This document shows, one piece after another, positions 54,728 to 64,000 of a stretch of 64,000 bases of DNA. The stretch is taken from NCBI GenBank assembly GCA_964469905.1, contig CAYXZW010000006.1, positions 23,107-87,106 of the forward strand. The letters are read 5' to 3'. Position 1 is the stretch's first letter, and each line of letters starts with the position of its first letter. Position numbers and translations under genes: made by a program. The notes under the pieces are model-generated. The model saw nothing but the letters and a program-made list of their open reading frames with translations. It made no database searches and had not been told where the DNA came from. This DNA is from an uncultured Smithella sp. GTDB lineage: Bacteria > Desulfobacterota > Syntrophia > Syntrophales > Smithellaceae.

Positions 54728-55411
54728 TTACTTTAACATTGCCGCCCGAATCTCTTTTAATTGACTTTCCAGCCTTGCATCAACTTCACCAAACATCGTT
54801 TCCACAATTACACCACCCCTTTTAATGGAAACGTCTTCTTCAAACACAACATTGCGTACACCGTTGACAGACTGCAAAAAATCTTTCTTCACTTCCATTA
54901 TATAACGAAAATCCTGCGGATTAATTCTGATCTTCATTCCTTCTGTTTCGGAAATATTCTTTAAAACACCCTTGAGAACTCCCAGAACAACTTCTTTGCG
55001 TGTTGCCACTTCCTGATTAATTACTTTTTCAGCAACAGCCAGACTAAGCTTGACTATTTGCTCCTCGGTTTTGGCAACAATATCTTTCTGAATCAAAGGC
55101 ATCGATTGCGTCATTATTGATAGAGCATCCAACACCTGCGATATCTCTTTCTTTTGAAATTCAACGCCTTCGTTAAATCCCTTCCGGTAAGACTCATCAC
55201 TGGCCCGGAGGAGTTGCTGCTGCATCTCGGCCTTTAGTCTTTCCTCTTCTGTTTGTGGAGTAGCCGGCAGTAAATCGCTGTTTTCCAGCCAATTGGCGCC
55301 GAAACCTTCTTCATCAGATAGAACACAAAGCAATGATACCGGTTTGCCGGAATCAATCACCTCTTCGGCTTTGATGACATTAGCCTTATACAAATCCATC
55401 TGTTTCACCAC
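54728..55411 (-). CDS. fliH: FliH
   Basis: FliH-like central and C-terminal pattern. Position between fliG and fliI. Confidence 0.8.
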   Translation of the reverse strand: MVKQMDLYKANVIKAEEVIDSGKPVSLLCVLSDEEGFGANWLENSDLLPATPQTEEERLKAEMQQQLLRASDESYRKGFNEGVEFQKKEISQVLDALSIMTQSMPLIQKDIVAKTEEQIVKLSLAVAEKVINQEVATRKEVVLGVLKGVLKNISETEGMKIRINPQDFRYIMEVKKDFLQSVNGVRNVVFEEDVSIKRGGVIVETMFGEVDARLESQLKEIRAAMLK

Positions 55412-56378
55412 CGCGCAGAATGACGATTCTGCCTTCCGCCTCCAGTTTCTTTGTTACTTCCACAATCTTACGCTGGCTGTTTTCCACCTCGGAGAGTCTT
55501 ATCGGAGGCATCAGGGAAATCTCTTCACGTAACATATCCGCGCCACGTTTGGACATATTCTTGAAAATCTTTTCCCGCATACTTTCATCGACCATTTTGA
55601 GAGATTTGGATAAATCTTCCGAGCTAACATCCTTCATCAACTCTTGTAGTGATTTGTCATCCAGTTTCATGACGTCATCGAAGTTAAACATGAAATTACG
55701 AATTTGAGAGGCCAATTCCGGTTCGGAATCTTCTAATGATGCCATAATGGCGTTTTCTGTGGCACGATTCATCCGATTCAAAATATTAGCCATTAATTGT
55801 ACGCCGCCCAATTGTTGATCACTCGTGCCGCCGACAATCAATTCTTTCTCCAGTGTTTTGGCAACTTCGTTAATAAATTCTCGCGGGACACTTTTGAGTG
55901 TAGCCATCCGTTTCGATATTTCATACTGAAATTCCGGAGAAAAATATTCCAGCACCTGAGCTGTTTTTTCCGGTTTCAAATGAACTAATATGAGCGCAAT
56001 CGTTTGCGGATGTTCCGTTTTGGTAAAATCCGCCATCACTTTAGGGTCTACATCCTGCAACATTTCTATGATAGGGTTGTCGGTGGCGGAAATGTCCACT
56101 TCGCCTAAAATATCTTTTGCATCCTGCTCTCCCAATGCCTTAATAACAAGGTTTTTCGGAGCACCGTCACGCACTGAAATCATCCCGCCTTGCTCTTTTG
56201 CCATAGTACAGAATTCTTTAGCTACATCACTTAGCGTCTCTGCGGAAATATTCGCTACGCGTCCCATTTGCTTACCTATCTTGCGGATTTCCGTCGGGCG
56301 CAGATTTTTCATGACACTGGCCGCTAAATCTTCATCTAATGATAACAGTAATATTGCCGCTTTCTCTTCGCCGGTCAT
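55386..56378 (-). CDS. fliG: rotor/switch protein FliG
   Basis: GEEKAAILLLSL, MFNFDD, and a C-terminal torque-helix region. Confidence 0.97.
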   Translation of the reverse strand: MTGEEKAAILLLSLDEDLAASVMKNLRPTEIRKIGKQMGRVANISAETLSDVAKEFCTMAKEQGGMISVRDGAPKNLVIKALGEQDAKDILGEVDISATDNPIIEMLQDVDPKVMADFTKTEHPQTIALILVHLKPEKTAQVLEYFSPEFQYEISKRMATLKSVPREFINEVAKTLEKELIVGGTSDQQLGGVQLMANILNRMNRATENAIMASLEDSEPELASQIRNFMFNFDDVMKLDDKSLQELMKDVSSEDLSKSLKMVDESMREKIFKNMSKRGADMLREEISLMPPIRLSEVENSQRKIVEVTKKLEAEGRIVILRGGETDGFV

Positions 56379-56415
56379 CTGGTTTTTCCCTTAATTATTA
56401 ATAGAGATATTAATT

Positions 56416-57969
56416 TTATTTAACCCAGTTTCTCAATATATCGGCAAACTGTTTGGAATCAGCCCGCGCCATTTCTCTGGCAACCTCAGCTGCTGTAAGC
56501 GGCTGGCCTCCCGATGCCTGCATTTCCGCAGCAACCTGTCTTGCATATTGTTCGGCCTGTGTTTCTCCGGCAATACTTAGCGCTGCATTCGCGCCGGGTA
56601 ATTGACGAACAGGTGCAGGTGCAACTTTCGTAATATTTGTTATTAATGGACGGACGATAAATAATAAAACAAATATAATTACACCGGCTATAGCTATGTA
56701 ACCCAATATGGGGATGAAAGTCTCCACCCTTTCTTTTATCGAGGGAGATTCTACTTCTTCAACATCAGCTTTCCGGAAGGGCATATTTGTCACAACAACC
56801 TGATCGCCTCTTTGCGTATTGATGCCTGCTGATTTCCGCACTAAATCCTCTATTGAATCGATTTCGTTTTTCGTGCGGGGTTGATAAACTTCTTCACCCT
56901 TTTCGTTTTTCTTATAGGTGCCATCCACCAAAACGGCGATTGAAAGCTTTTTTGTTTCCCCAACGGGCATAACCGTTTTATTAGTTACTTTATTAATCTC
57001 ATAATTGATAACTTCATCTAATTTTTCCTTTTCAGGACTTTCCGATAACACTCCCGTTTTCAAGACGGCATTTGTCTTATCCGAATTACGCTGGACACTC
57101 CTCACAACCGGGTTTTCCGAATCATAGGATTCTTCCGTTTTCTCTGTTACACGAAAATCAAGCTCTGCCGTAACTCTGACTACAGCTTTGCCTTTTCCCA
57201 CTACACTTTCCAGCATTGATTGAATTCTGCCTGCCATATCTTTTTCTGTGCTTCTTTGAAAATCGACTTGCGAGCTGGTCAGCTTGGAAAGCTTAGAATC
57301 ATTCTGCACGGCAGAAAGTATGGTCCCGCGTGAATCCACAACCATTACATCATCGGGGTTCATTCCTTCTATGGAACTGGCAACGAGATGCACAATCCCA
57401 TCAATTTGTGCCGGTCGAATTGTCTTGCCGGATTTCAGCCGCAGAGTGACGGATGCTGTTGGCCTTTTTTTCTGTTCGGAGAAAAGTGAATCCTTGGGAA
57501 GAGCAATGTGAACACGACTGGATTGAATTTCATCAAGTCCATTAATAGTGCGGGCAAGCTCACCCTGCAGGGCGCGCCGGTAATTCAACTGCTGCTCAAA
57601 TTCCGTTGCCCCCAGCGTTTTATTATCAAATATTTCAAACCCCACGCCGCTGCCTTGCGGAAGCCCGGAAGCTGCAAGCTCCAATCGCAACTCCGATACT
57701 TTTTCTGAGGGCACGGAGACAGCGTTTCCCGCTGATGATATCTTATAGGGTATTTTCTTTTCATTTAATTTCCCGACGATAGAGCCGGCATCTTCTGCCG
57801 ATAAATTAGAGAAAAGCACCCGGTATTCGATTTGATTTGTCAAATAGACCATTAGTCCGATACTTGCAGCAGTAATCAGCGCAACGGCAATTACCGAAAA
57901 CTTACGACCTGAGCTTAAGGAATCAAATCCTGCCCATAATTTCGCCAAAAATTGTAAAAGAGAATCCAT
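56416..57969 (-). CDS. fliF: MS-ring protein FliF
   Basis: N-terminal TM helix, YscJ/FliF domain (ELAASGLPQG), C-terminal TM helix and FliG-binding tail. Confidence 0.95.
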   Translation of the reverse strand: MDSLLQFLAKLWAGFDSLSSGRKFSVIAVALITAASIGLMVYLTNQIEYRVLFSNLSAEDAGSIVGKLNEKKIPYKISSAGNAVSVPSEKVSELRLELAASGLPQGSGVGFEIFDNKTLGATEFEQQLNYRRALQGELARTINGLDEIQSSRVHIALPKDSLFSEQKKRPTASVTLRLKSGKTIRPAQIDGIVHLVASSIEGMNPDDVMVVDSRGTILSAVQNDSKLSKLTSSQVDFQRSTEKDMAGRIQSMLESVVGKGKAVVRVTAELDFRVTEKTEESYDSENPVVRSVQRNSDKTNAVLKTGVLSESPEKEKLDEVINYEINKVTNKTVMPVGETKKLSIAVLVDGTYKKNEKGEEVYQPRTKNEIDSIEDLVRKSAGINTQRGDQVVVTNMPFRKADVEEVESPSIKERVETFIPILGYIAIAGVIIFVLLFIVRPLITNITKVAPAPVRQLPGANAALSIAGETQAEQYARQVAAEMQASGGQPLTAAEVAREMARADSKQFADILRNWVK

Positions 57970-57998
57970 AAGAAAATCCGATTAATAAAAATAAACAA

Positions 57999-58304
57999 TT
58001 ATACCTGCATTCGCATGACTTCCTGATAAGCATCCAGGATTTTATTGCGAACCTGCATCATCACCTGAAAAGAAATGCCGGCCTTTTCCAGGGCAATCAT
58101 TGCTTCATGAATAGAGCCTGCATCTTCCAATTGAACTTTGGCAATTGTTTTATCCGCATCATTCTGCAATTTACTGATGTCCGAAATTGCATCTTTCAGT
58201 ACGTTGCCAAACGAACTTCCTCCCGCTTGCTTTTCGCTGACTGGTTTTTCGGGAGTAGTACCTAACGGATTTATACCGCCGGAAATGTTGACTATATCTG
58301 TCAT
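57999..58304 (-). CDS. fliE: FliE
   Basis: FGNVLKDAI...VQLEDAGSIHEAMIALEKA..SFQVMMQVRNKILDAYQE. Confidence 0.9.
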   Translation of the reverse strand: MTDIVNISGGINPLGTTPEKPVSEKQAGGSSFGNVLKDAISDISKLQNDADKTIAKVQLEDAGSIHEAMIALEKAGISFQVMMQVRNKILDAYQEVMRMQV

Positions 58305-58324
58305 ATCATTTACTCCATTATGAG

Positions 58325-58750
58325 TTATTTACCGATATTCATGGCTGTTACCGCCATATTTTTGGCTGCATCAAAAGCCGTGGCACATGCTTCATAAGTA
58401 CGATTGGCTGTAATCATTTCAGACATCTCCACCATTGCATTAACATTAGGAAAAGATACAAAGCCGTCTTTATCCGCATCAGGATGGGCCGGATCGTATA
58501 TTCTTTTAATTCCTTCCTTGTCTTCCGTTATCCCTTTAACTTTTACTGCCTGCACTGCACCTTGCAAAGTTTTATCAAAACCCTTTTTTAAAGGTTCGGC
58601 CTCAAAAGTAATTATTTTTCTTTTATAAGGTCCTCCCTCCGGCGTACTTGTGGAGTTAATATTAGCCAGGTTAGTCGTGATAACGTCCATCTTAGCCCTT
58701 TGTGCCGAAAGCCCCGTACCCGCAATCTTGAACGTTGTAAAAAATTCCAT
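58325..58750 (-). CDS. flgC: proximal rod protein FlgC
   Basis: GLSAQRAKMDVITTNLANINST...GPYKRK. C-terminus MITANRTYEA. Confidence 0.95.
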   Translation of the reverse strand: MEFFTTFKIAGTGLSAQRAKMDVITTNLANINSTSTPEGGPYKRKIITFEAEPLKKGFDKTLQGAVQAVKVKGITEDKEGIKRIYDPAHPDADKDGFVSFPNVNAMVEMSEMITANRTYEACATAFDAAKNMAVTAMNIGK

Positions 58751-58751
58751 A

Positions 58752-59132
58752 TTATTTAGCCTCGTTTAAAATGTTTTTAATGCCTCTAAATTTTCGCGCC
58801 AGCATTTCTGCACTCAAGTTATACATCAGTTGATTTTCAGCCAAATTCGTCATTTCTTTATCTAAATTCGCTTTTTCGTCAGACTTGACTAATTTAAAAT
58901 CGTTTCTGGTAAATTCATCCTTGGCATTAGGAAAATGTTTCTCGTTTGTTTGGGATAAGCGAACTTTTAAGTCAATTGCCCGGCGTAAATTCTCTTTAAA
59001 TACGTAATCCGACGTTTTGTAATCAGCAGAATCCAAGTTGCTGATATTTGAGGCAATTACTTTGTTACGTTCCGAGCGAAAATCCAACATTGTTGACAAT
59101 AAATTAAATGTCTTCCCAAATAAAGATTCCAT
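58752..59132 (-). CDS. flgB: proximal rod protein FlgB
   Basis: R.KVIASNISNLDSADYK. C-terminus ENQLMYN. Confidence 0.9.
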   Translation of the reverse strand: MESLFGKTFNLLSTMLDFRSERNKVIASNISNLDSADYKTSDYVFKENLRRAIDLKVRLSQTNEKHFPNAKDEFTRNDFKLVKSDEKANLDKEMTNLAENQLMYNLSAEMLARKFRGIKNILNEAK

Positions 59133-59158
59133 TACTAAACCTCTCTGAGCAAATTATG

Positions 59159-59174
59159 TGCAAGTCGCATACCA
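59159..59174 (-). promoter_or_regulatory. sigma-54 promoter of flgB operon
   Basis: The minus strand reads TGGTATGCGACTTGCA, about 27 nt upstream of the flgB ATG and just after the regulator gene's stop. Confidence 0.8.
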
Positions 59175-59187
59175 AAGCAATTTATCA

Positions 59188-60606
59188 TCATTTTTCTTCG
59201 GAAGAAAGATCCTTAATGCCATATTCATGAAGCTTATTTCTCATTGTCCTTACACTAATACCCAGTATTTTTGATGCCTTGGTCTTGTTCCAGTTGAACT
59301 TGTTTAACGTATCAAAAATCATATTTCTTTCCATGTCATAAAGGGTGGAGTCGCTTTCGCTTGGCCTGACCTTATTTAGTGCCGGTTCCGCTTCTTCCGT
59401 ATGTGTATTTTTTTTGACGCTGGGAGCAACACCGGCGTTTTCCAGATGTAGATGCTCGACACCAATGCGGGTACCGTTACACAACAATACTGCCCGCTCG
59501 ATCACATTTTCCAATTCCCTTACATTACCCGGCCAGGCATATGCAGTTAATATATCTTTGGCGGCATCGCTGAGAATTGGCTCCTTTCTTTCATTAACCT
59601 GACTATATTTTTTAATAAAATGCTCCGCCAATATATTGACATCCCCATTTCTTTCCCTCAACGGCGGAACTAAGACCGGAATAACGTTTAACCGGTAATA
59701 GAGATCACTACGAAAAGTTTTTTGCGCAATGCGGTATTGCAAATCAGCATTAGTTGTAGCAATTATCCTGATATCAATCGGTACAGGCATTTTCCCGCCC
59801 AGTCTGTCCACCTCAGCCTCTTGAATCACCCGTAATAATTTGGCCTGTAACTGAACATCCATTTCCGATATTTCATCCAGCAGCAGCGTACCTCCATTGG
59901 CCAGTTCAAACTTCCCCAGTTTCCTGACGGCAGCTCCGGTAAAGGCTCCCTTTTCAAAGCCAAACATCTCACTTTCCAAAAGCTGTGACGGTATTGCCGC
60001 GCAATTTACTGCTACAAAAGGCATATTCCGGCGGTTACTGTAACGGTAAATATAACGGGCAAAAAGTTCCTTTCCCGTGCCGCTTTCTCCCGAAATAAGA
60101 ATGCTGGATTTACTCTTGGCCACGTTTTTCAGCATATCCAGGATAGCAAGAATCTTTTTATCTTCCGTGATTATCTCCCTGACCGGATACACACTGTCAA
60201 GAGCCTCATTGTCTCCCTGTTCTGTGTTTATTTGTGCACTCGCCGCCAATACATTCTTCACAGCAAATTCGAGATCATCCAGTGAAAAAGGCTTCATTAT
60301 AAACTCGGCGGCACCCTCTTTCATTGCCTCGACCGCTGTATTTACAGTTCCGTAAGCGGTGATCAGGATTACCGGTGTTTGCGGTGATATCTTTTTAACT
60401 CCTCTCAAAACATCCATGCCGCTCATCATCGGCATGCGCATATCGGTAACAACAACAGCAAATTGTCCTTCTTTAAACTTTACTAATGCATCAGCACCGT
60501 TTTCTGCGGTTTCTACCTCATAGCCGCAACTGCTCAATGATTCATAGAGAGCGGCCCGCATCGATTGATCGTCATCGACGACAAGTAATCTTTCGGCATT
60601 AATCAT
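59188..60606 (-). CDS. sigma-54-dependent response regulator (FlrC/FleR/FlgR type)
   Basis: REC domain (LVVDDD...DMRMP), AAA+ domain with GESGTGKE and the GAFTGA loop (EKGAFTGA), and a Fis-type HTH tail. Confidence 0.92.
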   Translation of the reverse strand: MINAERLLVVDDDQSMRAALYESLSSCGYEVETAENGADALVKFKEGQFAVVVTDMRMPMMSGMDVLRGVKKISPQTPVILITAYGTVNTAVEAMKEGAAEFIMKPFSLDDLEFAVKNVLAASAQINTEQGDNEALDSVYPVREIITEDKKILAILDMLKNVAKSKSSILISGESGTGKELFARYIYRYSNRRNMPFVAVNCAAIPSQLLESEMFGFEKGAFTGAAVRKLGKFELANGGTLLLDEISEMDVQLQAKLLRVIQEAEVDRLGGKMPVPIDIRIIATTNADLQYRIAQKTFRSDLYYRLNVIPVLVPPLRERNGDVNILAEHFIKKYSQVNERKEPILSDAAKDILTAYAWPGNVRELENVIERAVLLCNGTRIGVEHLHLENAGVAPSVKKNTHTEEAEPALNKVRPSESDSTLYDMERNMIFDTLNKFNWNKTKASKILGISVRTMRNKLHEYGIKDLSSEEK

Positions 60607-61856
60607 TTAACAGGTCTCTCCAATTTTCCGCCAACCTTGACAAGGGGAAAACTGACATTTACAATTGCTCCCCCTTGTAGCGAGTTTTCCACATTAATAG
60701 AACCATTATGCTGGCTGACAATGTTATGCACAATGGCCAGTCCCAAACCTGCCCCATCCTGCTTTGTACTGAAAAACGGATCAAATATTCTGGATAAATT
60801 TTCTTCCGGAATACCCGGCCCGGAATCCTGAAAGATTATTTCAGCGACAGCTGATTGGACCGGAAGAATTCCGCTGTCGGAAGTAATCGCTTTAATTTTG
60901 AGCACCCCGCCATCCGGCATGGCTTGCTGGGCATTTAATATTATATTTAAAAATACCTGTTTGATCATATCAGCATCACCTTCTATGTGAGCCTGTTTGC
61001 TTTCATATTCTACTGATATGTCAATGCCCCCCTGCTGCATGATTTGTTCAGAAAAATCAAGCACATCTTCTAAAATATTATGCAGATTTATTTTTTTCAT
61101 TTTCGGATTTTGCTTGCGGGTAAACATCAGCAAATTAGATATTTTATTATCAACATTCTTTACTGAAGAAATAATGTGAACAACACGATCCTGGTCTTTT
61201 TTCTCCTGCAGGTTTTTCAAAAGAAGCGATGCAAAGAGTTCAATGCTGCCTAAAGGATTACGTATTTCATGAGCGATATTTGCCGCCATTTCTCCCATTG
61301 CCGCAAATTTTTCTGTTCGCTTGGCCATATCTTCCAGTTTTTCAATTCTTGTGATATCGCGTAAAATGAAGACATTACCTATCGTGGCGCCACCTGGCGA
61401 CTTAAAAGGCGAACAAAATATTTCTAATGTCCGGCCATTTATTTTTACCTTATTGCCTGATTCCCCTTTAAAATACTCGGCAAGATTTATTGTTGGCCAC
61501 TCATTAGCAACTGTATCTTCAAAAAGAATACTGACATGCTCTCCTACGACATTGGCCTGATCTGCGCCGACAAACATTTCAGCGCATGAATTCATCGTCT
61601 GAATCTTTCCATCAAGATCCGTAACAATTACACCGTTAATCAAGCTTTCCAAAATATTTTGGAGATAATTTTTTGTCTGTTCTTTTTCGGCAACGGTCTT
61701 GACTAATTCAATATTCTTTTCTTCCAGCTCTTTATTTAAATTGGCAAAGCGCTCTTCGAGTCTTGCATAAGCCATTTGAAGTTCAACAGTGGCTTTATTA
61801 AAATTTTCGAATGATTGCTGGAGTAGTGTAATGTCTTCCATAGATTTTATTACCAT
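60603..61856 (-). CDS. PAS sensor histidine kinase (FlrB/FleS/FlgS type)
   Basis: H-box HEIRNPLGSI, N-box NIILNAQQAM, G-boxes DSGPGI and GAGLGLA. No TM segments seen. 4-nt overlap with the regulator gene. Confidence 0.9.
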   Translation of the reverse strand: MVIKSMEDITLLQQSFENFNKATVELQMAYARLEERFANLNKELEEKNIELVKTVAEKEQTKNYLQNILESLINGVIVTDLDGKIQTMNSCAEMFVGADQANVVGEHVSILFEDTVANEWPTINLAEYFKGESGNKVKINGRTLEIFCSPFKSPGGATIGNVFILRDITRIEKLEDMAKRTEKFAAMGEMAANIAHEIRNPLGSIELFASLLLKNLQEKKDQDRVVHIISSVKNVDNKISNLLMFTRKQNPKMKKINLHNILEDVLDFSEQIMQQGGIDISVEYESKQAHIEGDADMIKQVFLNIILNAQQAMPDGGVLKIKAITSDSGILPVQSAVAEIIFQDSGPGIPEENLSRIFDPFFSTKQDGAGLGLAIVHNIVSQHNGSINVENSLQGGAIVNVSFPLVKVGGKLERPVK

Positions 61857-64000
61857 TAATTTTTCAAGTAATCTTCGTATTTATTCCACCATTGTTTATC
61901 ACTAACATGGTAATCAACAACTTTCGTCCAAAATCCCTCCGGTCCTGATTGAGCCTTGATTTTGTCAAATGTTTTCTGAGCTTCGGAATTGTTATCCATT
62001 TTTTGATATGTCTGCCCGATAGAGAAAAGATACCATGACTTCATTTCCGGATCGGCTGACTTGCTTAATGCTTTATTATACATGTACAAACTATCTTTAT
62101 AATTATTTGCCTTGAGGAATAAGTCACCTGTTTCTTTATAAAAATCACCAAGGCCCGGTAATATTTGCTTTTCTTGATCAATATATTTATCAGCTATTAA
62201 ATAATTCTGCAAAGCAAGAGAATTTTCTTTTTTCTCTTTCAACGAAGCTGCATAGCTCCAGTAAGCCTGCCCCGGATCATTGATGCTCTGGCCGGACTTA
62301 ACAACCGCAGCGAAATCAACAACAGCCTTGTCATACATCTTTTTCCGGTAGGCAATTTCCGCCATATTCTGCTTAATTGTGGCAATCAGCGGGATGTTTT
62401 TAGCTGACGTCTTCGTCATCAATTCACTGAGAATTTTTTCGGCTTCATCGTATTTATGTCTGCCCATCTCTGCTTTGGCGATACGAATCACGATTTTTTC
62501 GGCAACTTTATCATCTTTACAGACATTTTTATAATTTCTCAGCAGCTCGATTAAATCGTCAGTAAGGCCAATATTACTCAAACTGACCGCCATTTTATCT
62601 ACAATCTCATATTCATCAGCCTGAAGCGGTACCATCCGGTAAGCTTTGAAATAAATATCGGACACCGCTAAATAATCTTTTTTCTGATAACCGGCATCTA
62701 TCAATGAACCGGCGGCCAGCTTCAAGCTCTTCCTTGCTTCAACCACCATCTTGCTTTGTGGATACATTTTTAGAAATTCCAAATAAATGTCAGCAGCCTT
62801 TCTGTCATTCTTCAATACTCGAAATGCATCTCCCTTTTTTAACAATGCCGCTTGGGCAATATCACCCTTCTGATTTTTCTCCAGCAGCTGTTTATATGCC
62901 CCCAGCGGATCTTTATAATAGTTTATATTTCCTAATGCTAAAAACATTTTAGCACCGGGCTTATCAATGCCCAGCGAAGCCATGGCCAGAATGCTTTCCT
63001 GGGCTTCTTTGCTATCCGGATACTTGTCAATGATTAAATTATAAACTGCTAAAGCCGGTTTTATCTGATCGTCTGCCTGATATGAATTAGCAAGTAACAG
63101 CAATGCTTCTTTTAATTTTTCATCGTGCGAATACAAATTCACATAAAAGGAAAATATTTTAATGGCCTCATCGTAGCGACGCAAAGAATATTTGTGCTGT
63201 CCCATATTCAGGATGACTTCTTTAGGAACACCCGTTAAATCGGGCCATTTTTTTTGTGCATCACGAAACAGCACTTCTGCACTGGCAGATTGCTTCATTC
63301 TGTAATAAGAGTCAGCCACTAAATAGAACGCTTGTTTGGCAAAAGCCCCCTCCCTGTATTTCTTCAGATATTCTATCAGCTTATCAACTGCCTGACTATA
63401 TTTCCCGAGCTGATGCAATAGCGTACCGGTTTTGAAGGACGCCTCGGGAATATAAGCAGATTGAGGATATTTACTGATCAAATATTCATAGCTTTTCAAA
63501 GCATCCGGATAATTATTCAAATATTCGTAAGTTTTGGCTAACCGTAAATAAATTAAAGCATTATTTCTTTTCTGATCGGGAAAGCTCTGAAGCACATTTT
63601 TATAAAATTGAACGGCAAGAAGCAGGTGATCTTTACTACCCTTTTCTCCCAGGAAAAAGTGGCAATCGGCCATATGGCGCAAAGCCCGTTCTCCCAAATC
63701 GTTGGAAGTATCATCGCGCGCCACAAACTCTTTAAATGTTAAAAGGGCCCTCTCATAATCTTTCTTTTTCAATTCATCCAAAGCCTTATCATAGAGAACC
63801 GAACCGGATTTAGCTTCTTCCTTTTCCGCTGGTTCTTGTTCAGTTATTTTGGCTTTGCCGGTCTTTTTTTCCACCATCAGAGCGGGCGGGCGAATCTTTT
63901 CCACTGTTTTCGCCCTGGCGTCAACGGCATCTTCTTTAGCTTTTGCGGACTGTATTTCCTGTTTTGACTGGACAAAACTACTTTTCTGCTTTTGTTTTAC
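61856..64000 (-). CDS. TPR-repeat protein (5' end beyond window)
   Basis: The frame stays open to base 64000, so the ORF-track GTG at 63904 is probably not the true start. Many YbgF/BamD-style TPR units (YPxSxxAxEAxxxxG). Confidence 0.7.
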   Translation of the reverse strand, partial: VKQKQKSSFVQSKQEIQSAKAKEDAVDARAKTVEKIRPPALMVEKKTGKAKITEQEPAEKEEAKSGSVLYDKALDELKKKDYERALLTFKEFVARDDTSNDLGERALRHMADCHFFLGEKGSKDHLLLAVQFYKNVLQSFPDQKRNNALIYLRLAKTYEYLNNYPDALKSYEYLISKYPQSAYIPEASFKTGTLLHQLGKYSQAVDKLIEYLKKYREGAFAKQAFYLVADSYYRMKQSASAEVLFRDAQKKWPDLTGVPKEVILNMGQHKYSLRRYDEAIKIFSFYVNLYSHDEKLKEALLLLANSYQADDQIKPALAVYNLIIDKYPDSKEAQESILAMASLGIDKPGAKMFLALGNINYYKDPLGAYKQLLEKNQKGDIAQAALLKKGDAFRVLKNDRKAADIYLEFLKMYPQSKMVVEARKSLKLAAGSLIDAGYQKKDYLAVSDIYFKAYRMVPLQADEYEIVDKMAVSLSNIGLTDDLIELLRNYKNVCKDDKVAEKIVIRIAKAEMGRHKYDEAEKILSELMTKTSAKNIPLIATIKQNMAEIAYRKKMYDKAVVDFAAVVKSGQSINDPGQAYWSYAASLKEKKENSLALQNYLIADKYIDQEKQILPGLGDFYKETGDLFLKANNYKDSLYMYNKALSKSADPEMKSWYLFSIGQTYQKMDNNSEAQKTFDKIKAQSGPEGFWTKVVDYHVSDKQWWNKYEDYLKN

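Overview
The window has two blocks. (1) Bases 1-17100, + strand: an operon-like run of nucleotide-sugar tailoring genes. These are a sugar C-methyltransferase fragment, a radical SAM/SPASM enzyme, two paralogous SDR enzymes, an FkbM methyltransferase, a CDP-paratose-epimerase-like SDR, an Fcl/ColC-like epimerase-reductase and a ColD/E1-like 3-dehydratase. They are followed by a GT11 fusion protein and one uninterrupted 2504-aa ORF that fuses a methyltransferase, a GT10-like domain, a CgeB-like GT, three to four GT2 domains and three TPR blocks. (2) Bases 17200-61900, almost all - strand: a large flagellar gene cluster. In transcription order it reads flgBC-fliEFGHIJ-ylxF-like, fliK-flgD-flgE, fliLMNOPQR-flhBAFG-fliA plus six accessory genes, flgFGAHI-flgJ-like, flgM-flgN-flgK-flgL-csrA, then flagellin, an unknown gene, flbT and flaF. 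An FlrBC-type sigma-54 two-component system and a TPR gene sit at the 3' edge. By eye I found four close matches to the sigma-54 -24/-12 consensus and three sigma-28-type promoters that divide the cluster into operons. Points worth a second look: the giant glycosyltransferase converging on the flagellin unit; a colitose-type 3,6-dideoxyhexose signature; a ~65-aa module shared by FlgE (x2), FlgK and FlgL; a 932-aa FlgL with four Asp-box repeats; FlbT/FlaF together with CsrA but no FliW; a sigma-28-driven TPR/Ig-like protein; a decayed toxin-antitoxin pair next to the flagellin promoter; and two families of structured intergenic repeats. I did not see fliD, fliS, fliW, motAB, che genes, rRNA, tRNA, CRISPR arrays, transposases or integrases. 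All calls rest on reading the sequence and recalling family motifs; no database search was run. Taxonomy cannot be fixed from this window.
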